Assembly (NCBI RefSeq): GCF_009914755.1
Contig: NC_060929.1
Length of the DNA stretch: 64,000 nucleotides
Source of the DNA: the human T2T-CHM13v2.0 reference genome, Homo sapiens
Strand: one strand, 5' to 3'
Within the stretch, counting starts at the first letter, position 1; every line of letters begins with the position of its first letter. Positions 57,021 through 64,000 of the stretch are shown piece by piece. A model generated the notes under the pieces. The model saw nothing but the letters and a program-made list of their open reading frames with translations. It did not search any database and was not told where the DNA came from. The position numbers and the translations under genes are program-made.

Positions 57021-59212
57021 ATATCTTTTTTTTTTTTTTTTCCAAGGAAATGATATCACCACTTTGGGTCGTGTTTTTTCATATGTAAAACAGAAAATAT
57101 GAATCAGTTGTTCTTATGAGTTGCTAATACATTCTAATTTTCTGTGAAAAGAAATAGTGCTCTGTAGGCTTTTCATTACGTATGTTAAATTTGCATAAGT
57201 AGATGTATATAAGCACATGTATGTACATACATGTGTCTGTGTGTGATTGTGTATACATTGCTATGTTTGCACATAATCAAACAGACACACAGAACTTACT
57301 AGAGGCCCACTGACAAATAGTATTGGGGTCAGTTCTAAATTTCCTAGGCGAGAGCTTTTTAAATATATATATATATATGATTATACTCATATATTCATGC
57401 GTTACCCTTGGAATGTTAACACTTTAAGAGGATTTTAAAATTTATGTCAGTCTCCTTAGAAATGAAAAGCTTTAACTCAAAGACATGTGTGTCAAATGCT
57501 GGAATTTGGAGTACCATTACCAGAAATGTGCAGGTGGGTCATAACCTTGAGGAGAAGGGACATCAGAGAAAACACAGGGTCTACACCATTATTTGGTAAG
57601 ACAGTATTTACTTTATAAAGCATCTGCCATTGATGGCTTTTCTACCTTTCTCATCATGGTCTTACATTTATGGGTATCATGCTAATAGCCTATTAATCAC
57701 ATTATTAATATTTTTATTCTCACCTGTTATCTAATCAAACGATAAAAAATACATCAGTTTTCCAGAAAGTGGCCTTTCCTACCTCCCTAGCTACTGCCTT
57801 AGCATGATGTGTCAATAGGGGTAAAAATTTAGGGCAGCTTTTGATATTTTGTAGATCATGTTATATTAAATCCCTATGTATTCATATATGGTTTGTTATT
57901 TTCCCTTCATAGGTCCTAGGGCCCAGAAATTCTTTCTCCTCTCCATTTCTGACAAAGGCTTCATGCAGAAATTATTAGGCAAATATGTAAAATCCAAACC
58001 CTGGGCCAAACACGAGTCTCTCTATCTCACTTAGTTGAAAATCATTTATTGAATACCTATTCTGTGTAAGTCTGGATATATAAAGATGATTTGCTCTCTT
58101 ATGGAGATAAGGCCTGGATATAAATCAGTACAATACAAGATAGACAGTAATGTGTGTCACAGGAGAGGAATAGATAAATTGCTATGGGAGGTGAGAGGAT
58201 AAAGAAGTCACTTTGTTGTAGAGGGGCTGAGGAGTGCTGTATGTTGGCATCATTTGATGCAAGTAAATGACTGACTTCAAATGTGTGTAGGCTAAAGTCA
58301 AAAGTATGTTTGCATTTACTTCTGGGGGTAAGGGAGGGTTTTATGAAGGAGAAGGGGTTTAAGCTGAGCCTTGAGATGAGTAAGATTCAGTGTTAAGACA
58401 ACTCCAAGAAATTCTGTAAGGATCCAAATTACCTTGGCAGAGGAATCACTTTAACCCATTTGTGGCTATTAGATGCTTAGCTTAGGAGTGGCAGTATTTG
58501 TCAGAATTGAGAGTAGGTACCCACAAATTGATGGGAGTAGAAAGAGGAGAGGCTGAGCACAGGCCGTGCCCCGAAGAGGCAGCTGATTCTGGGGAGTGGG
58601 GAAATGACCTTGAAAGTGGGAGAATTCCCTTGTCTGCTTTCAAGTAGGTGTCAGGTAGTTTACACAAGACCATTGAGAGATTTATACATTTTAAAAAGTG
58701 AGAATTGACAAATAAGATTTGGAAGAAGCAATATGAAGGACAATGATATGGATGAAATATTTGAAAAATGGATGCAACCTTCTTTAGAAATAAAGTTGTC
58801 ATTTCATTTTTATATGTGAAAGTAATTATATGAAAAGGGACAAGATGGTTTGTATCTCCTTACCATAGATAGGCTTTGTTCTCAGTGTTGGAAATACAAC
58901 AGTGAGCAAGCAAAAGTCCCTGCTCCCAGGGAGCTTATAGTCTAATGTGGGGAGAGAATCAGTCAACAACCAAGAGTCACATTTGTAATGTCTGTGACAA
59001 CCCTGCCTCAGTCCTGGGGCTTGAATCCTCCCAAATGACCTACCCCAACCATTCATTTTAATTATTGGTCTTAATCATTTCCCCCACTAGTAGTCATTCA
59101 GTTTTTCTTTTATTATTTTTTATTCACTCATTGATACATTTATTTAACAAACATTTGAGCACGTAATATATTCCAGGCTTTATCACCTGTGCTGGAGGAA
59201 CTTATATTCTAG

Positions 59213-59425
59213 ATCAGCATTATCCAATAGAACTTTTTACAATGATGAAAATGTGCCGTATCTGTTTTGTTAAATATGTACCTGCATGCGACTTGTGGCT
59301 ATTGAGCACTTGAAGTGTGGCTGGTGTGACTGAGGAACTGAAAATTTAATTTTGTGTAATTTTAATTAATTAAAATGTAAATAGACACATGTAGCTAGTG
59401 GCTACTGAATTGCATAGCATAGATT
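59213..59425. mobile_element. MER3 (hAT-Charlie MITE)
   Basis: 'tccaatagaactttttacaatgatgaaaatg...gtggctattgagcacttgaagtgtggctggtgtgactgaggaactg...acatgtagctagtggctac'. Confidence 0.85.
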
Positions 59426-60031
59426 TAGAAGGAGTGGTAGACAATTAATTAGTGTCCTTTTAAAGAAATAGGGATTGTCTTAGGTGCTGTGAAATAAATG
59501 AGGTCCTTAGAGGAAAATGGGAAAGGGTGTACTTTATGGGGTGTTCAGGTACAACCTGTCACCCCATTTGAGATCTGAGAGGTGAGAAAAAAACAGCAAT
59601 AGAAAGAATATTGGGGAACAAAAGGAAGAAGTCCCCAATAAAGGAACTGGGTTGGTATGCTTGAAGAACTGACAGAAAGTGGAGCTTGCTAAGTGAATTG
59701 TATTGTGTAGGAAAGAAAGTTGAAGGAGCAGCAATAGCCACATCATGCAAAACTCAGGCTGTGTGTGGGCCAGTACCATGGAGAGCACCATGTTATCTCC
59801 CGAGGCATGCACCAATCCCTGTTTTGCATTACAGGAGTCACTTCCTAATGAATCTTTCTTCGTAGAGCCTAAGTGCTGGAGCACCTCACAGCATCTATCA
59901 TCACGTTTGATCATTTGTCAACTGTATTATGTAATTTGATTTGAAAATATCAGTGCCTACCATGGAACAAAAAGTTAAGTTAGGCAAGGTTCTTGCTTAT
60001 AAGCAGTTTAATAAACTTAATATAAATTAAA

Positions 60032-62285
60032 TATTGGCCAGAGCAAATAGGCAAGAGAAAGAAAGGGCATTCAAATTGGAAAAGAATTTGTCAAATTAGG
60101 CTTGTTTGCAGAGGACATGATCTCATACCTAGAACAATCTAAGGACTCTACAAAAGAACTCTTAGAACTGACAAACAAATTCAGTACAGTTTAGGACACA
60201 AAATCCACATTTAGACGTCTATAGCATTTATTTATACCAACACAGTCTGAAGAAGATATCAAGAAAAAAATTCCAGTTACAATAGCTATAAAACCCAGAA
60301 AATACTGGGTGTCAATCTAATCAAAGAAGTGAAAGATCTACACGTGGACAACTATAGAGCTCTGATGAAAGAAATTGAAGAAGACACAAATAAGCTATTC
60401 CATGCTCACAGATTAGAAGAATTAATATTGTTAAAATGACAACACTACCCAAAGCAATGTACAGATTCAATGCAATCGCTATCAAAATACCAATAACATT
60501 CTTCAAAGAAATAGAAAAAAAACCTATAATTTATATCGAACCACAAAAGATTCCTAATAGGTAAAACAATCATGAGCAAAAAGAACAAAGCTGGAGGAAT
60601 CACTCTACCTGATTTCAAATTTTTCTACAAAGCTATAGTAACCAAAACAGCATGGTACTGGCATAAAAACAGATACATGGACAATAGAATAGAATAAAGA
60701 GCCCAGATATAAATCCATGCATTTACAGCCAACTCATCTTTGAAGGCACCAAGAGCATAGCACAGGGAAAGGATGGTTTGAAATAAATGGTGCTGGGAAA
60801 ACTGAATAACTATTTGCAGAAGAATGAAACTAGACCCCTATTTCTCACCACACACAAAAATCAAAATGAATTAAAGACTTAAGTCTAAGACCTGAAGCTA
60901 CTAGAAGAAAACATTCAGGAAATGGTCCAGGACATTGGTGTAGGCAAAGACTTTTTTTTGTGCAAGACATCAAAAGCACAGGCAACCGAAACAAAAATAG
61001 GCAAATGGGATTACATCAAGCTACAAAGCTTCTGATCAGCAAAGAAAACAATAAACAAAGTGAAGAAACAACCCGCAGAATGAGAGAAAATATTTGCAAA
61101 GTATGCATCTGACAAGGGATTAATAACCAGAATATATACGGAGCTCAAATAACTCAATAGCAAAAACAAAACAAAACAAAACAAAAAAACCAAGAAAACC
61201 AATTAAAATGTACAAAATGTCTGAATAGACAATTCTCAAAAGACAAATGGCCAATAGGTATACAAAAAAATGCTCAACATCACTAATCATCAGAGAAATA
61301 AAAAAAAGCACAATGAGATATCATCTTACCCAAGTTAAAATAGCTTGTATATAAAAAATAGCAATAGCAGATGCTATCAAGGATGTGGAGATGGGGAAAC
61401 CTGTACAGTGTTAGTGGGAATGTGAGTTAGTACAGCCACTATGGAGGGTCCTCAAAAAACTAAAAATAGACCTACCATACGATCCAGTACTTCCACTACT
61501 AGGTATATAACTAAAATAAAGGAAATCAACACATTGAAGAGATATCTACACTCTCATGTTTATTGTAGTTTTATTCACAATAACCAAGAAATGGAACCAA
61601 CCTAAATGTTGAATCAGTGGATGAATGTATAAAGAAAATGTGTAATGTGTAGACAATGGAATATTGTCATAAAAAGAACTAAATCCTGCCATGTGCAGCA
61701 ACATAGATAGAACTGGAGGTTATCACGTTAAGTGAAATAAGCCAAGCACAGAAAGACACATTGTACATGTTCTCACTCATATGTAGGAGTTTAAAAAGTG
61801 GACCTCATGAAGATAGAGAGTAGATTGGTGGTTCCCAGAGGCCAGGAAGGGTTGAGAAGAAGGGATATGAAGGGGAAAAGAATATAAATATAATTATTAT
61901 CACCTAACTGTACACTTACAAATGGTAATGGGCTGAGCATGGTGGCTCACGCCTGTAATCTTAGTACCTTGAAAGGCCAAGGCGGGCAGATCACTTGAGG
62001 TCAGAAGTTCAAGATCAGCCTCACCAACAGAGCAAAGCCCTTTCTCTACTAAAAATACAAAACAATTAGCCGGGCATGGTGGCATGAGCCTGTAGTCCCA
62101 GCTACTTGGGAGGCTGAGGCAGAAGGATCACTTGAGGCAGAGGTTGCAGTGAGCCAAGATTCCACCACTGTACTCCAGCCTGGGTGACAGAGTGAGTCTT
62201 CCGTCTCAAAAAAAAAAAAAAAAAAAAGGTAATGATGGCAAGTATATATATATATATATATAAATGTTATATCCATAATCAATCG
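60032..62285 (+). mobile_element. LINE-1 (L1MA-like), 5'-truncated: RT/C-terminal ORF2 plus 3' UTR, with an Alu in the 3' UTR
   Basis: 'ggccagagcaaataggcaagagaaagaaagggcattcaaattggaaaag...tgtttgcagaggacatgatc' (FADD region), 'gtaaccaaaacagcatggtactggcataaaaacag', and a 3' UTR. Multiple frameshifts. Confidence 0.92.
61931..62227 (+). mobile_element. Alu (AluS-like)
   Basis: ggctgagcatggtggctcacgcc start, A tail, TSD aaa(t/a)ggtaatg. Confidence 0.95.
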
Positions 62286-63344
62286 AAAATGATTAAAAGT
62301 AGGATTAAAAACTTTTTTTAAATTTCTTTTATGATATTGCTGGAAGGAAGCTAACTTATGAGGTCTGGAGACATTTACTTTTTGAAAGCTTTTGAAAGAA
62401 AATATGGGAAAGTAAAGAACTGAATAGGAAATGGACCTAAAATAACTTGACTATTTTTAAAGCTGTCAATCCTTGATTTGGAGTTTCTTCTCTAAATGTA
62501 TAGACATTCAGACTCCACAGATTAGTGATATATGGTGTGAGATACAAGTGATTACGCAGATGAAATGCCCCTGGTTGGGGTGCTGGCAAATTGCTGTGTT
62601 TTTCAGCAGTAATTTTTGTCAGCTTCATTGATTTTAAAAATTGTCAAGAACTTGAATTTATAATACAGGTTTCTGTTTATATACTTTTTTGTTTTTTTGT
62701 CTATAGAGTCATGGTACATTAGTTTGGGTTCTAGAGCCAAGAGAATTACTTTTAAATGATTTTTTAAAAATGCAAAATGTCATGTGCTTTGTTCTACAGA
62801 AATGCAACTTTTCAGTTAACTAGCAATATGTATTACAGATATACTAATTAGTGATCTCTAATGACTAACACTGACTTGAATGACTGCTTAACCTTTTCAT
62901 CTTGCCTAGTCCAGCACTAACTATGTATATTTACTCTCTTGGCAGGTTGTTTTCATAACTCTATGTGATATTAAATTGCTATCACCAGAGCATATATTTT
63001 GAACTAATCATAATACGATATAGTTCTACTAGACTTTAGACTTGACAAAATTCATTCATAAGCATGTTGTCATTTCATACTTATAACAGCCACATGAGAA
63101 AGTACGACATGTGGGACATTATCTGCCTCTTACTTACAGAGACCCTGGGACCACCTCTGTTTTGCCATCAGTTATTGGATAATGTGTGGATAGAACTTGA
63201 AGTCAGGGGATAGGCAATTCATTTTGATAGAATAAAGAGGGAGTACTTCCTCCTCTCCTCCTTCTTTACTACTCAATGTAATGTGATTATAAAACCAGAA
63301 ACTAGGTTTAAGAGAATCTTTTGAATTCAGAGAGAAAAAAGTCT

Positions 63345-64000
63345 GTGTATCAATTAAGAATCTTTGTTTCACAAGTAACCAAAACTTAACTCATGGTGAT
63401 CTAAAAATCAAAGGAATATATTGGCTTCTATAACTAAAAAGCCCAAAGACAGCACTGGATTCAAGGTTCAAATGATGAAATAATGAATCATCACTCATTT
63501 CCTCTGTCTTTGGATTGGTTCCGTTATCAAAAAAGACATCTCCTCTTTTAGTGACTCAACTCATACTTTTAAAAGAGCATTCTATATCTTAAAGAGTAAG
63601 TACTCTTTCCACACAGTGGAAAGAGTACAAGTGGAAAGAGTACAAGACTGGCAGTAAGGAAACCTGGTCTCTATTCTCAAGTCATCACTGGCTTTGTGAG
63701 TTCCCTCTGTCAGAGCGGTCAGAGAAGTGAGTTAGCTAGAATTACATCATTCCATATTGAAATCTAAAATGTGTGTGTGTGTGTGTGGCAGAGGGTGCAC
63801 CTTGGTCCTCACAACTCCAGAAAAGGAGTTTTCTCCGTTTGGGATCACACATTTCACAGGGTCACCCAAGAAGCAACGTGGAGGCTTGAGCAATGGAGTG
63901 CCACCTGTGAGTCTACACCACCTGAACTATGGAATGAATGACAGGACAACTTGAAATAGGGGGCTATTCTTAGAAGTAGAGTAAATGAATTCTAGATGGT
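63345..64000 (-). mobile_element. Old MaLR LTR (MLT1K/L-like), disrupted
   Basis: 'tgtatcaattaagaatctttgtttcacaagtaaccaaaacttaactca...aaaggaatatattggct...taactaaaaagccca'. Confidence 0.5.

Noticed and set aside
57214-57235. 22-bp perfect palindrome cacatgtatgtacatacatgtg
   Set aside because: It is low-complexity alternating purine-pyrimidine sequence, where palindromes arise trivially.

Overview
Primate (very likely human or great ape) genomic DNA: AT-rich, CpG-depleted and dominated by interspersed repeats, including Alu J/S/Y, L1PA/L1MA/L1M, L2, MIR, MaLR LTRs, ERV1 solo LTRs, a degenerate ERVL provirus and Tigger/MER/Hsmar1 DNA transposons. I see no intact protein-coding gene, CpG island or recognisable RNA gene. 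Almost all listed ORFs are repeat-derived or spurious. The only host-gene-derived sequence I recognise is a decayed RPL36A processed pseudogene (minus strand, ~12.65-13.0 kb). The most notable observations are: (i) a perfect 28-bp inverted repeat inside an old ERVL; (ii) two short insertions apparently copied from templates ~1.3 kb away; (iii) a compound fold-back plus tandem duplication at 63.6 kb; (iv) CTCF-like motifs in a divergent (<<< >>) arrangement suggestive of a chromatin boundary. I cannot support a claim of a novel gene system. Repeat subfamily names come from remembered consensus sequences and boundaries are approximate; RepeatMasker/Dfam should confirm them.
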